A DNA stretch of 64,000 bases from positions 393,761 to 457,760 of the forward strand of contig CAZFNN010000001.1 of NCBI GenBank assembly GCA_964520555.1, in the 5' to 3' direction. The notes beneath the pieces are model-generated. The model was not told the origin of the DNA, ran no database searches, and worked only from the letters and a program-made list of their open reading frames with translations. Positions 28,951 through 40,497 of this stretch are shown here, in pieces. Numbering within the stretch: the first letter of the stretch is position 1; every line of letters starts with the position of its first letter. The translations under genes and the position numbers were made by a program. This DNA is from an uncultured Ignavibacteria bacterium (GTDB lineage: Bacteria; Zixibacteria; MSB-5A5; CAIYYT01).

Positions 28951-29694
28951 TTAGATCGTCAGCACGTCGCTGCGCCGCACCCATCCCTTAAGCTGATTGG
29001 CGAACAGTCCCAGATAGTAGTCCGCGCGGCTGTCCAGAATCTGAAATAACAGCCCCTCATGCGCCTCAAATTGCACCTCAAAGTCGGTCCCCGGCCCCGA
29101 CAGCACATCCGTTTGCTCGACGACCACAACCCCCTCCTCCACCAGATAGTTGCTCTTCAAGGTCCAGATCATCGCCCCGACGCAGATCGCCGTCACCACC
29201 CCCAGCGTGATCATCCAACCCGTCGGCGTCCGCTGCAATTTGCCCGTTCGCTTCAGCGTCAGCAGCAGAAACAGCCCGCCAAAGGCCAGCAGGCTGATGA
29301 GAAAGTACTGGTTCGGCGACAGCGTATTCAGCACCGAGCCGATCTGCGACTGGAACAACGCCTTGTCCGAGGCCTCGATCTTGTCCACGGTAAACAACTG
29401 CGCGAACTGAAGATTGGCCTTGATGTCCTCATCTTCCGGCGCCAATCGCTGCGCCCGGCGGAAATTTGCGATCGCATGCCCGAGCCGCCCCGACTTGTAG
29501 TACGCGCAGCCGGCATTGTAATAAAGCTGCGGCGATGCGTAGCCGCGATCGATGATCTGCTGCAGCGACTGTGCCGATTCGGAAAACTTTCCCTGGTCGT
29601 AAAGGCTGATCGCAGCGCGAAAATCGTCCTCCACGCTGGCGCGCGCCGCGCCGACACCGAGAATCAGCAGAAGGACAATCACGATACGCTTCAA
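28951..29694 (-). CDS. batE: BatE-like protein (TPR + TM + SH3-like)
   Basis: TPR repeats (…AISLYDQGKFSESAQSLQQII…YYNAGCAYYKSGRLGHAIANFRRAQRL…), a TM segment, then a C-terminal SH3-like region. The probable TTG start at 29694 overlaps the batD stop by 4 nt. The track ORF extends to 29796. Confidence 0.55.
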   Translation of the reverse strand: MKRIVIVLLLILGVGAARASVEDDFRAAISLYDQGKFSESAQSLQQIIDRGYASPQLYYNAGCAYYKSGRLGHAIANFRRAQRLAPEDEDIKANLQFAQLFTVDKIEASDKALFQSQIGSVLNTLSPNQYFLISLLAFGGLFLLLTLKRTGKLQRTPTGWMITLGVVTAICVGAMIWTLKSNYLVEEGVVVVEQTDVLSGPGTDFEVQFEAHEGLLFQILDSRADYYLGLFANQLKGWVRRSDVLTI

Positions 29695-31525
29695 CGCGTT
29701 TTCTCCAGATCGATGATCAACTGCCGCGCCTCCTCCCACATCCGCTGCATCTGCGCCGCTCGCGCTCCGCCCGGCGCAAAACGGCCGAAGTCGCACTGCT
29801 CCAACAGCCTCAACATCTTCTCGATGAGCGTGTCATTCTCCTTGCCGGCGGCAAACGCCTTGATCTGGTCGGCCGTCAGTCCGAATCCCGGCAAATTATA
29901 ACGATCGGCAAAATAATCAATCAGAGATCGGCTGATTTCGGTATAAAACGCGTCCGCCGCGTTCCCGTTAAGATGCTCCTTGGCCCTGGCCAGCCGACCC
30001 TCGGCCATCTTGCGCGCCTGCTTCAGGCGCCGGAATCCCTGATCCGACTCCAGCTTCTCCCGCCGGCGTTGCTGCTGTGCAATCACCACATACGCCGCAA
30101 TCGGCAACGCATACAATAAGGCGAACAGCGGGTTCATCACCAGCGGCTTGCTCCGCTGCGAATTCAAGTTACCCACTTCCGACTTGAGATAGCGGATATC
30201 CTTTGCTCCCGCCGTCGGATCGATTCGGTTGCTCTGCAAGTTCTGCATTTGCGACGTGAACCGGTCCGTCGACGGCGCCACCTCCAGCCGCACCGGGTCG
30301 GTACTGATGATCTTGTACGCACGCGCCGCCGGATCGAAGTACGAAAGACTCACCGATGGCAGCACATACGTCCCCGCCCGCTTCGGAATGAATACCTGCT
30401 CGTAGGTCTTGGTCCCGCCAATCCGGTAATTCACGCGCTCGACGTTTTCCGAATCACCCGCCTGATAGGAACGAAAATCAGCCAATTGCGGCGGCTCCGG
30501 CAGCGTCACCGTCTTGATGTTGCCAGTGCCGGAAATCTTGATCGTCATCGTCACCGGCTCGTTCGCTTCAACCTTGGTCTTGTCTACCGTGGCACTGATC
30601 CGGTACTGCCCGACTGCCCCGGAAAAATCGGCCGGCTTGCCGGCCTCCGGCAGCGGCAGCACCACGACCCTGATCGGCTCGGAAGACAGCTTGACCGACT
30701 TGGTTTGACCGAACACTCCGAAATCGTCGAAGATCGAAAAGGGATCGCGATTGCGCCGGCGCTCCTGCACCAGACAGGTGATTTCCGCCGCGCCAATCGT
30801 CTGCACTCCCGGTCCGGTTGGAAACAAGGCTGTCTTGAGTTCCTGGACGCGATAATCGCGGCCATTGACCGTCTGAAAATCGGTCTTCTGCTGTCCCAGG
30901 TCCTCCACCCAGAATCCCGTCTTGTCGGGCGGCTTGTAATCGGGATTCTGCAACAGCTCGATCGCATTGTAAAACCGCAGGGTCAGCGTGGTTTGCTCGT
31001 TGACGTAAACCGTATCGCGATCCAGACTGGTGCGGACAAACAGATCATCGCGCGAAATCCCCGTCTGCTGCTGTTGCTGCTGTTGCTGTTGCCGCCGCTG
31101 CGCGTTTGGATCGCTTGTCCGCGCTTGTTGCGTCGCCCGCGCCGGAAACACCTGCACGACCTGCGTCTCTGTCGTATAGCGCACGCCGTCAATATCGAGC
31201 GCAAACGCCGGGATCACCAGTCGGCCGCTCTTGTTCGGCGCCAGCCGGAATACATACCTTTTCGATTGCTGCGATTGCCCGTTCACCCAGGTGAAACTCT
31301 GGCTCGTACCGGAGGAGTAAACATTGAAGTCCTGCAGATCGGCCAACTGGATGTTCGGATAGCGGCTCACCTCGCCCGAAAGCTCGATCGTATACTCGAC
31401 CGTCTCATCCTGCGTCATCTGGCTCTTGTCGACCCGAGATGCGACATTCGCCTTCCCGGCCCATATCGGTCCCGCCGCCAGGACAACAACGGCAAAAACG
31501 ACGCCAACTACCCGCTTCATCTCGC

Positions 31526-31532
<7 letters not shown>
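29691..31532 (-). CDS. batD: BatD-like protein
   Basis: 613 aa. Signal peptide, extracytoplasmic beta-domains, one TM, and a C-terminal cytoplasmic helical domain ending …LLEQCDFGRFAPGG…. Contains a poly-Q tract (RRQQQQQQQQQT). Confidence 0.6.
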
Positions 31533-32378
<846 letters not shown>

Positions 32379-32395
<17 letters not shown>

Positions 32396-33413
32396 TCGTT
32401 CCTCCGTTGTTCTTGCGCCGGCGCCGCTCCGACAAGAGCGCTTCCGCCGCCAACAGCACGATCGCCCCGGGCAGCAGGTACTGGAACCGATCCTCGTACT
32501 GCGTCATCAGAATATCGTGCAATTCCTTCTTCTGCATGCTTTCAATCTCCTGGTAGATTTCATCCAGCGCAATTTCGCCCTGCGCCGCATGATAGTACCG
32601 CCCGTCGGTCTCGGCCGCGACACTCTGTAGGGTCGCCTCATCCAGCCGCGTCAGCACCAGCTCCCCCGCTTCATCCTTCTTGTAGCCGACCATCTCTCCG
32701 CGCGCATTGCGAATCGGTATCGGCTCACCCTCCGGCCGCCCGATCCCGATCGAGTAAATCCGCACCCCGGCCAGCTTGGCGTCTTGCACCGCACCCTCCA
32801 GCCCCTCGCCGAAATCCTCGCCGTCCGTGATTACGATCATCACCTTGTTCTTCCGCTCTTTGCTGACAAACCCACCCGTCGCCGTCGTGATCGCCTCGGC
32901 CAGATTCGTCCCCGGATACGGAATCAAATCTGTGCTCAGCACGTCGACGAACAACTCCGCCGCCGAATAGTCCAACGTCAACGGGCACTGAATAAACGCC
33001 CCGCCCGCGAACGCCGTTAACCCCACCCGGTCCCCCTGCAAACGCGAAATCAACCCCCGCACTTCCTGCTTGGCGCGATCCAGCCGGTTCGGCTTCATGT
33101 CCTCCGCCAGCATCGAGGCCGAGCAGTCTACGACGATCATGACGTCCTGCCCTTCGCGCTTCAAGACCTCCATGTGCGTCCCGAACTGCGGCCGCGCCAG
33201 GCACAGCACCAGCAGGATCATCCCCAAAAAGAGAAACGCCATCTTGTAATGCCGGCGACGCGGCGAATAATTCTGAATCAAGTTCCCCAGCAGCCCGCGA
33301 TCGGCAAACGACTCCAGCAGCCGCTTTTTCTTACGCGCGCTCCACCAGAAAAACAACGCCAGCGCGGCGATGATCAGCAGTCCCCAGAAATATTCCGGCG
33401 CGGCAAATCGCAT
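32379..33413 (-). CDS. batB: BatB-like von Willebrand factor A (VWA) domain protein
   Basis: N-terminal TM helices and a VWA MIDAS motif (…VMIVVDCSASM…), then C-terminal TM. 344 aa. It follows batA. Confidence 0.7.
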
Positions 33414-33459
33414 CTCGTCCTCGATCTAATCCATTATACGAATCATACCGCCGCGCGCC

Positions 33460-34446
33460 CTACGGCAGTCTCCGAAACACCGTCTCGCGCAACAACAACT
33501 CCAAACCCAGTAGAACGCCCGCGATCAGTAGGACATACGGGAAAAACTGGTCGAACTGCAGATACTCCTTCACCTTGAACTTCGTCTTCTCCAATTCGGA
33601 AATCTGCTGATAGATGTTCTTAAGCATGTCCTCCGAGCGCGCCTGAAAATACTTGCCGCCGGTGGACTCCGCGACCTTCGTCAACTGCTTCTCGTCCAGC
33701 TCGTGGTCGATCTGTACGTACCGCTTCCCGAAGATCGGATCTTCAATCGGCACCAGCGCCTTCCCTGGCCGCCCGGCGCCGATCGTATAAATGCGAATCC
33801 CCAACGACTTGGCGATATCAGCCGCGGTCAATGGATCGATCTCCCCGGCATTGTTGACGCCGTCGGTCAACGCGATGATGATCCGCGACTTCGCCTTGGA
33901 ATCGCGCAGCCGGTTGACCGCGTTGGCGATTCCCATCCCGATCGCCGTGCCGTCCTCGACCATCCCAAAATCAACCTGATCGACGAAGTTCACCAGCACC
34001 CCGTAGTCCAGCGTCAGCGGACATTGCGTGAACGACTGCCGCGCGAACACCACCAGCCCGACCCGGTCGTTCTGCCGCCCGCGGATGAAATCCTTGATCA
34101 CTTCCTTGGCCACTGTCAAGCGGTTCTGCGGCTTGAAATCCTCCGCCTTCATCGACCCCGACACGTCGAGTGCCAGCATGATGTCGATCCCCTCGGCAGT
34201 AATCTCGGTGGTCTTTTTCCCCGACTGTGGCCGCGCCAGCGCAATCACCAGTGCCGCCAGCACCAGCAACCGCAGCACTTGCAGGATTCGCCGGTTGCGC
34301 GCCTTGTTCGACTTGCGGATACTCCGCAGCAGCGTGATATCTGAGAACTTGATCGCTGCCTCCCGCCGCCGGCGAAACATGAAGTAGGCGACCAGCGGCA
34401 AAAGCAGCAGCAGCCACAGAAATTGCGGATGCGCAAACTGGAACAT
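33460..34446 (-). CDS. batA: BatA-like VWA domain protein
   Basis: 328 aa. N-terminal TM pair, then a VWA domain (…IDIMLALDVSGSMKAEDF…ALTDGVNNAG…), then C-terminal TM. Confidence 0.7.
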   Translation of the reverse strand: MFQFAHPQFLWLLLLLPLVAYFMFRRRREAAIKFSDITLLRSIRKSNKARNRRILQVLRLLVLAALVIALARPQSGKKTTEITAEGIDIMLALDVSGSMKAEDFKPQNRLTVAKEVIKDFIRGRQNDRVGLVVFARQSFTQCPLTLDYGVLVNFVDQVDFGMVEDGTAIGMGIANAVNRLRDSKAKSRIIIALTDGVNNAGEIDPLTAADIAKSLGIRIYTIGAGRPGKALVPIEDPIFGKRYVQIDHELDEKQLTKVAESTGGKYFQARSEDMLKNIYQQISELEKTKFKVKEYLQFDQFFPYVLLIAGVLLGLELLLRETVFRRLP

Positions 34447-35438
34447 CAGCCGGCGGCCTCCGCCTGCGGCGCCGAACTGTACGGCAACGACCGCGTCTGC
34501 ACCACAAAATCGTACGCCATCTGATAGTGCCGCTCAATATCCGCCTGCGTCGGATCGTACTTGGCGAACTTCACCAAATCGCATTCCTCGAGCAACTTGT
34601 GGATCGCCTCTTCTTCCACTTTGTCCAGCGCCAGCCCTCGGAATTCCCCGATGATCTCGTGCGTCGTTCGCTCCAGTGCCGAAATTCCATAGCGCCGCTC
34701 GAGGTACTTGCGAAACACTTCCGACAGCCGCAGATAGTACGGCTTGTACATCCCCGTCGCGATCAAATCGGAATTCCGCAGCGCCTGCAACTCCTCCAAC
34801 GCAATTTCCCACGGCAACCGGTTGTCGATCGCCTCCCGTCCCAAATCAATCGGCTTGCCGGCGCGGCGATAGAAGTATAGGAATAGCATCACCCCCAACG
34901 CCACCGCCGCCGCCGTTATCAACAACCACAACGGTATCCGGGTCTCAAATTCCTTCGGACCGCGCAGCGGCTTGATATCCTCGCCTTCTTCCCCCTTCAG
35001 GAGGGAATTGACCCTGATCGCAATCGGGTCGGTCGCAATCGTCTTGCTCTCGCCCGCCCGGTTCTGATACCGAATCGTAATCGGCGGAATCTGATAGTCG
35101 CCGGTCGTGAAGGTCGTGATTTCGTACGACTCGGTGCTCACCCGCATCCCACCGCTAACTTCACTCTTCCGGGGCGTGTAGTCCTTGATTTCAAACATCC
35201 CCAGGTTCGTTCCGACCGCCAACGAGTCCACGAGCAATGATGTATCGGCGCTGATCTTCACCGTGTAGCGCACGTGATCGCCGATCGTAATTGACTGCTT
35301 GTCGATCGTCGATTCGACCGAAATCCGATCCTGCCCGCGCACCGGCGCCGACAGCATCAGCCCGGCAAGGATGATGAGACTATAAACTCGCCGCATTTCT
35401 CTTATAGATGTAAGTGCGCTCGCTGCTGTCGGCGGCAT
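34446..35438 (-). CDS. DUF4381/BatD-like protein (signal peptide, beta-domain, TM, cytoplasmic helical domain)
   Basis: The C-terminal …KLLEECDLVKFAKYDP… motif parallels BatD …LLEQCDFGRFAPG…. It sits in the position of the conserved hypothetical gene that precedes batA in Bat operons. Confidence 0.5.
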   Translation of the reverse strand: MPPTAASALTSIREMRRVYSLIILAGLMLSAPVRGQDRISVESTIDKQSITIGDHVRYTVKISADTSLLVDSLAVGTNLGMFEIKDYTPRKSEVSGGMRVSTESYEITTFTTGDYQIPPITIRYQNRAGESKTIATDPIAIRVNSLLKGEEGEDIKPLRGPKEFETRIPLWLLITAAAVALGVMLFLYFYRRAGKPIDLGREAIDNRLPWEIALEELQALRNSDLIATGMYKPYYLRLSEVFRKYLERRYGISALERTTHEIIGEFRGLALDKVEEEAIHKLLEECDLVKFAKYDPTQADIERHYQMAYDFVVQTRSLPYSSAPQAEAAG

Positions 35439-36846
35439 GGTAGTTCGCCGCCAGCGCTTCCCGCCATTCCGGATAAACCTGATAGTCCACGATAATCAGC
35501 TCCGGCCGGCGCGCCGCCAAAACGGAATTGATCGCGGCCGTCGTCAGCAAGTGCATCTGTTCAAATTCCGACGCGGAGATCTTCAGGGGAAAATGAAACC
35601 CGACATGCTCCGATCCCGGCAACTGCGGCCGCATCGCCAGCGCTGCATAGCCTGCCCACTCCGACAGCACCGTGTCATTCGGTTGCGACTGCGACTCAAT
35701 CTTGCCGACCACCGTTTTCAACTGCGTCCATTCAAATCGCTGGTCCTGCTCGCGCGGCGAAAGAATGAACAGCACCACAAACGGCAATAATCCGACCAGA
35801 TACAACATCCCCGCCGACCGCAAGATCAGCCGCAGTTTGCCCTCCCGCAGCACGAACGCCGCGCACGGGACCGCCAGGAGCGCCAAATAGGGGATCGTCT
35901 GCTGAAAATATTGCAGGTGTACCGGCGTCGGCACAAGATAGACCAGCATCAGTACGAGCGCCACCACTCCCGCCGGTTTCAGCCAGTCCGGCGCCCGCTC
36001 CAATTTCTGCCGAATCAGCAGCCACGAGGCCAACGCCGCTCCCAGAAGCAGAATCGTCTGCGGCAAAGCCAGGAACTTCCCGAGCACGGTGAGCTTGTGC
36101 AACACCAGCGCCGAAAACGGCTCGATCGGCTCCCGCTGCAGGTGAAACCCCAGATTGTTGAAGAAGAACTGCGTCGGCGCGCTGATGGCGATCCACAGCG
36201 CCGGAAGCGTCGGCAGCGCTATTCCGGCAATTGCCGCCACTGTCAACTTCCCCGTCGATGCACCCTGCTTTCGCCCGCGCGTGACCAGGTAGTAAAGGAA
36301 CACCGGCAAGAGCACCAGCATCACTGACCGCAGATTCGCCGCCAGCGCCGTCAGCGCCATAATCCAAAACACTCGCCCGGATCCAGGTTTCTCATCGCCC
36401 CGAACGAACGTCAGATAAAACGCCGCAAAGATCAGCACGTCGATAAACGCGTACGGCTTGAACACACTATGCCAAGTCAGCGCCAACCCGTTGATCGCCA
36501 CCAGCGCCGCCGTCACAACGGCCACTTCGCGATTTCCGCTCGTCTTCGTCACGAAACGATAGCATAATGTCGTCAAACCCAGGCTCGCCAAAACAGCCAG
36601 CACGCGCAGCAACTGCAACGACTCCATTCCCCAGCCGCCCAGCGGCGCAAAGATCATCGGAAACAGCGGCGACTGCGGATAGAAGAAATCAACGTGCGGC
36701 ACCAAACCGTCGCTGACGCGCTGCGCCGCCGCCAAATAGAACCCTTCGTCGGCATCCACCACCCGCGTGAACGCAAACACCAGTGCCGCCAACGCCTGTG
36801 CCGCCAGCACCCACACCAGCCCCCGGTGTTCTCGCGCCCAACCCAT
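35380..36846 (-). CDS. GT-C fold membrane glycosyltransferase (ArnT/PMT-like, GT83/GT39 family)
   Basis: 488 aa, at least 10 TM segments. The N-terminal …DADEGFYLAAAQRVSDG… resembles the DE-motif first loop of ArnT/PMT-type lipid-linked sugar transferases. It is embedded between DUF58 and the DUF4381-like gene. Confidence 0.5.
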   Translation of the reverse strand: MGWAREHRGLVWVLAAQALAALVFAFTRVVDADEGFYLAAAQRVSDGLVPHVDFFYPQSPLFPMIFAPLGGWGMESLQLLRVLAVLASLGLTTLCYRFVTKTSGNREVAVVTAALVAINGLALTWHSVFKPYAFIDVLIFAAFYLTFVRGDEKPGSGRVFWIMALTALAANLRSVMLVLLPVFLYYLVTRGRKQGASTGKLTVAAIAGIALPTLPALWIAISAPTQFFFNNLGFHLQREPIEPFSALVLHKLTVLGKFLALPQTILLLGAALASWLLIRQKLERAPDWLKPAGVVALVLMLVYLVPTPVHLQYFQQTIPYLALLAVPCAAFVLREGKLRLILRSAGMLYLVGLLPFVVLFILSPREQDQRFEWTQLKTVVGKIESQSQPNDTVLSEWAGYAALAMRPQLPGSEHVGFHFPLKISASEFEQMHLLTTAAINSVLAARRPELIIVDYQVYPEWREALAANYHAADSSERTYIYKRNAASL

Positions 36847-37725
36847 CTACCGGAACCTCCGCTCGCGCATCTTGAAGAACTTCGTCAGCGGAATGAAATA
36901 GTCGTGACCGGTCGTCAGCTGCACGAAATCGATATTCATCCGCCGAAACGCCTTCTCCAACTCCGTCGACAACTCCGTCGCCTGCAATCCAAACTGGCGG
37001 CGAAAATCGGAATCGGACGTGTCGATCGCTATGATCTCGCCCGTCTCGGCGTCCTCGAAGTCGATCAGCCCGAAATTCTCCATCTGCGCCTCGCGTTCGT
37101 CGCCGATCTTGATCGCCACAACGTCGTGCTTGCGGTTGGCGATGATTAGGTCGCTGGCGTAACCGGAGCTCAAAAAATCGCTCACCAAAAACACCACCGA
37201 CTTGCGCTTGATCACCCGGTTGAGATACTCCAGCGCGTTGCCGATATTCGTCGACCGCCCCACCGGCTTGAAATACAGGATTTCCCGAATCAGCCGCAGC
37301 ACATGCCCCCGTCCCTTGCGCGGTGCGATGTACATCTCCACTTCATCCGTGAAGATGATCATCCCGACTTTGTCGTTGTTTCGGATCGCCGAGAACGCCA
37401 ACAGCCCGCAAATCTCCGCCGCCATTTCGTCCTTGCGCTGCGTGCGCGTCCCGAATTGCCCCGAGGACGACGCGTCCACCAGCAGCATCACCGACAGCTC
37501 CCGCTCCTCGCGGTACTTCTTGATGAACGGCACCCCGGTGCGCGCCGTGACGTTCCAGTCGATCAGACGCACGTCGTCGCCCGGCTGGTACTCGCGCACC
37601 TCCTCGAATTCCATCCCCTGGCCGCGGAACGTCGAATGGTATTCCCCCGCAAACACGTCGTTGACGGCCCGGCGCGTGGTGATCTCGATGCGGCGAATCT
37701 TCTTGAGAATCTCGGACGGCAGCAC
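36847..37725 (-). CDS. DUF58 family protein (VWA-like partner of MoxR ATPases)
   Basis: 292 aa. It lies immediately downstream of the MoxR-like ATPase with a 3-nt gap, and contains …LIDWNVTARTG…VMLLVDASSSG…, typical of DUF58. Confidence 0.7.
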   Translation of the reverse strand: MLPSEILKKIRRIEITTRRAVNDVFAGEYHSTFRGQGMEFEEVREYQPGDDVRLIDWNVTARTGVPFIKKYREERELSVMLLVDASSSGQFGTRTQRKDEMAAEICGLLAFSAIRNNDKVGMIIFTDEVEMYIAPRKGRGHVLRLIREILYFKPVGRSTNIGNALEYLNRVIKRKSVVFLVSDFLSSGYASDLIIANRKHDVVAIKIGDEREAQMENFGLIDFEDAETGEIIAIDTSDSDFRRQFGLQATELSTELEKAFRRMNIDFVQLTTGHDYFIPLTKFFKMRERRFR

Positions 37726-37727
37726 GC

Positions 37728-38729
37728 CTACGGTACCTCAACCTCGTTGAAGATCTTGGTCACGATCGCCTCGGAATCCACCTCCTCGGCCTCGGCCTCA
37801 TAGGTCAGGATTACCCGGTGCCGCAGTACATCCATCCCGATCGTTTTGACGTCGTCCGGCGTGATATAGCCGCGGCCGCGCATGAAAGCGTGCGCCTTCG
37901 AAGCCAGCGTCAGATTGATCGTCGCGCGCGGCGAGGCGCCGTAATCGATCAGCCCCTTGATATTGAGATTGTACGCTTCCGGATTGCGCGTCGCGAACAC
38001 CACGTTGACGATGTATTCCTTCACCTTGTCGTCGACGTAAATCTTGTTCATCACCGACCGCGCCGAAATCAGATCTTGGGGACTGATTACGGGATTGACC
38101 TCGAAAGTCGCGCCCACCGTCATGCGGTTGAGAATCTCCAGCTCTTCGGCTTTGGACGGATAGGTCACCTTGAGCTTGAACATGAACCGGTCGACCTGCG
38201 CCTCCGGCAGCGGATAGGTACCCTCCTGCTCGATCGGGTTCTGAGTCGCCATGACCAAAAACGGTTTCGGCAGCGGATGCGTGGTGTCGGCGATCGTCAC
38301 CTGCCGCTCCTGCATCGCCTCCAACAGCGCCGACTGCACCTTTGCCGGTGCGCGGTTGATTTCGTCCGCCAGAATCATGTTGGCGAAGATCGGTCCCTTC
38401 TTGACCGAGAACTTGCCGTCGGCCTGCGAATAGATCATCGTCCCGATTAGATCGGCCGGCAGTAGGTCGGGCGTAAACTGCAGCCGCTGGAAATCAGCCT
38501 TGATCGCCTGGCACAGCGTCTTAATTGCCAGCGTCTTCGCCAACCCCGGCACGCCCTCGACCAGGATATGCCCGTCCGCCAGCAGCGCCATGATCATCCG
38601 ATCGATTAGATACTCCTGACCGACAATGACCCGTCCGACCTCGCTCTTGAGCCGAAGCACGAACTCGTAATTGCGCTCGACTTCGGCCTGAATTTGTCTG
38701 ATGTCTTGATCCACCTCTTTATCTCCCAA
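37728..38729 (-). CDS. MoxR-like AAA+ ATPase
   Basis: 333 aa. Walker A GVPGLAKT, Walker B ILADEINRA, and the MoxR signature …LLEAMQERQVTI…. Confidence 0.85.
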   Translation of the reverse strand: MGDKEVDQDIRQIQAEVERNYEFVLRLKSEVGRVIVGQEYLIDRMIMALLADGHILVEGVPGLAKTLAIKTLCQAIKADFQRLQFTPDLLPADLIGTMIYSQADGKFSVKKGPIFANMILADEINRAPAKVQSALLEAMQERQVTIADTTHPLPKPFLVMATQNPIEQEGTYPLPEAQVDRFMFKLKVTYPSKAEELEILNRMTVGATFEVNPVISPQDLISARSVMNKIYVDDKVKEYIVNVVFATRNPEAYNLNIKGLIDYGASPRATINLTLASKAHAFMRGRGYITPDDVKTIGMDVLRHRVILTYEAEAEEVDSEAIVTKIFNEVEVP

Positions 38730-38762
38730 ACTGGCTGTTTATTTCGAACAATTTGTACGACT

Positions 38763-39662
38763 TCATTTTACAAGCAGTTCCACGATTTTTTGCGCGCGCG
38801 CCGCCGCCGTCCGTCCCTTCTGTACATCAACCTTGCCCGTCCCGAACTTCACTTCCTCGCAGAAGGCAAACAGTTCCTTCACCGTCCCGCGCAACTCACC
38901 GTCAAGCCCCCGCTCCTCCATCCAGCGTTGTACGTCCGCAAAGGTGTACCCGCTCAACTTTGCCTCATGCTTGTTCTCCAGAAGCGTGATCACAAACTTG
39001 CTCACCTGGCTGGAAAATTGGCGAAAATCCTCTCGATCGGCCAATTTCATGATCCCTGCGAACTCACCCTCAGCAGCGTCCCTCCAGTCAGACGTAACCT
39101 CCGGACTCTCCGATTTACATCGCCGCGAATAGACGAAACCTACCCCTGCGATCACCAAAACTACGCCGATCCCAATATATAGAAACAGAAGGCTACTCCC
39201 TCCACTTCTGGATAGCCGTGGCTGTGCTATAGTGACACTGATAGGCTCAGAATTGAGCGTATCCGTCCCCTCCTCTGTCGCGAATTCAACCTGAAAGGCT
39301 GGAATTGTCACTTCCCCACTTCTCGCAGGAATAAGTGTATACGTATAGCGCCGAAGCACTTGCTTGCCTTGCCGCTCAACACTGCTTCCCGATCCACCCA
39401 TCCGAAAACTCACCATCTCTGGCGGCGGCAACGGCTTGGTCTTGACTCCCGGACTATCAACACTCACCTCGAGCGTCAGCTCGATCACATCCTCGAACGC
39501 CAGCTGCACCTTGTCAACCCGCGCCTTGAATCCCATCTCCCCGGATGCGACTCCTGCCGTCAGAACCATCACTACAACTAAGGAGATTAGTGTTCTTCCC
39601 ATCATACTTGGTCTACTACACTTCAACCTGATACTGTTTCCCAACTTAACACTATTTAACAC
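38763..39662 (-). CDS. Small BatD/DUF4381-like membrane protein (third paralog in this array)
   Basis: Signal peptide, then a beta-domain of about 150 aa, one TM (LLFLYIGIGVVLVIAGVGFVY), and a cytoplasmic domain with …LFAFCEEVKFGTG… (compare the CDxxKFA/RFA motifs in the other two). The probable start is at the internal MMGRTLISLVVV. Confidence 0.45.
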   Translation of the reverse strand: MLNSVKLGNSIRLKCSRPSMMGRTLISLVVVMVLTAGVASGEMGFKARVDKVQLAFEDVIELTLEVSVDSPGVKTKPLPPPEMVSFRMGGSGSSVERQGKQVLRRYTYTLIPARSGEVTIPAFQVEFATEEGTDTLNSEPISVTIAQPRLSRSGGSSLLFLYIGIGVVLVIAGVGFVYSRRCKSESPEVTSDWRDAAEGEFAGIMKLADREDFRQFSSQVSKFVITLLENKHEAKLSGYTFADVQRWMEERGLDGELRGTVKELFAFCEEVKFGTGKVDVQKGRTAAARAQKIVELLVK

Positions 39663-40497
39663 CGGCCGCCGCTAATGCGACCAATGCCGGCACCATCAAC
39701 ACCTTCAGAACCACCGAAACTCGCCCTGCAAAAACAACTGGGTCTCGACGCAAATACAGGATAAATAATATCGCTAACGGCGCGTCCACGCCAACGATCA
39801 CAATCGCCAGATATGTTACCGACCGATTCAAAGCGCCATAGGCTGCAACACTCGTCAGTACCACCAGCAATCCGATCACAGATGCAATCAAACGCGCCCG
39901 GCCGGCTCCAAATTTGATCGGCACCGTCGTCCGGCCCAGGACCCGATCGCCGGCGACATCCTCAATATCCTTCACAATCTCCCGCATCAGATTAAACAAG
40001 AATGTCAGCGTGATCGCCGCCAGGACTGCCGACCAGTCAACCAAACCGGCGTTCTTCTGCCACGCCGGCAATAGGAAGACCGATGCACAGAGCGCGGCCA
40101 CAACGATGTTGCTCACCAACAATCGCGATGATAGAACCTTGGCATAAAGCATCAGTACCACCGCTACGGCAACATAATAGCTGAATAGTTTGGTGCCGCC
40201 GGCCAACGCTACTCCGAGCCCCACAACGAGCATCCCCTGCGCGATCATCCACGCTTCCTTCACCGTCACCGCCCCCGACGGCAATGCGCGTTGCGGCCGA
40301 TTCATGCGATCGGCCCCTTGGTCGAAGATATCATTGATCACGTACCCGAACGATACCAGGAAGAACACCGCGGCCGCTTCGAAGCGCGGCAACTCCAGCC
40401 GACCGTGCGCTACGGCCGCGGCGGCCACTAACGACAATGCAGCGACCAGACCGTTGAGTGGTCGGATGAGCTTGATTCCGGCAATAATCTTGTTCAC
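39652..40497 (-). CDS. UbiA-family prenyltransferase (polyprenyl or geranylgeranyl transferase)
   Basis: 281 aa, 8-9 TM segments. The first Asp-rich motif YVINDIFDQGADRMNRPQRALPSG (NDxxDxxxD) is diagnostic of the UbiA superfamily. Confidence 0.7.
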   Translation of the reverse strand: MNKIIAGIKLIRPLNGLVAALSLVAAAAVAHGRLELPRFEAAAVFFLVSFGYVINDIFDQGADRMNRPQRALPSGAVTVKEAWMIAQGMLVVGLGVALAGGTKLFSYYVAVAVVLMLYAKVLSSRLLVSNIVVAALCASVFLLPAWQKNAGLVDWSAVLAAITLTFLFNLMREIVKDIEDVAGDRVLGRTTVPIKFGAGRARLIASVIGLLVVLTSVAAYGALNRSVTYLAIVIVGVDAPLAILFILYLRRDPVVFAGRVSVVLKVLMVPALVALAAAGVK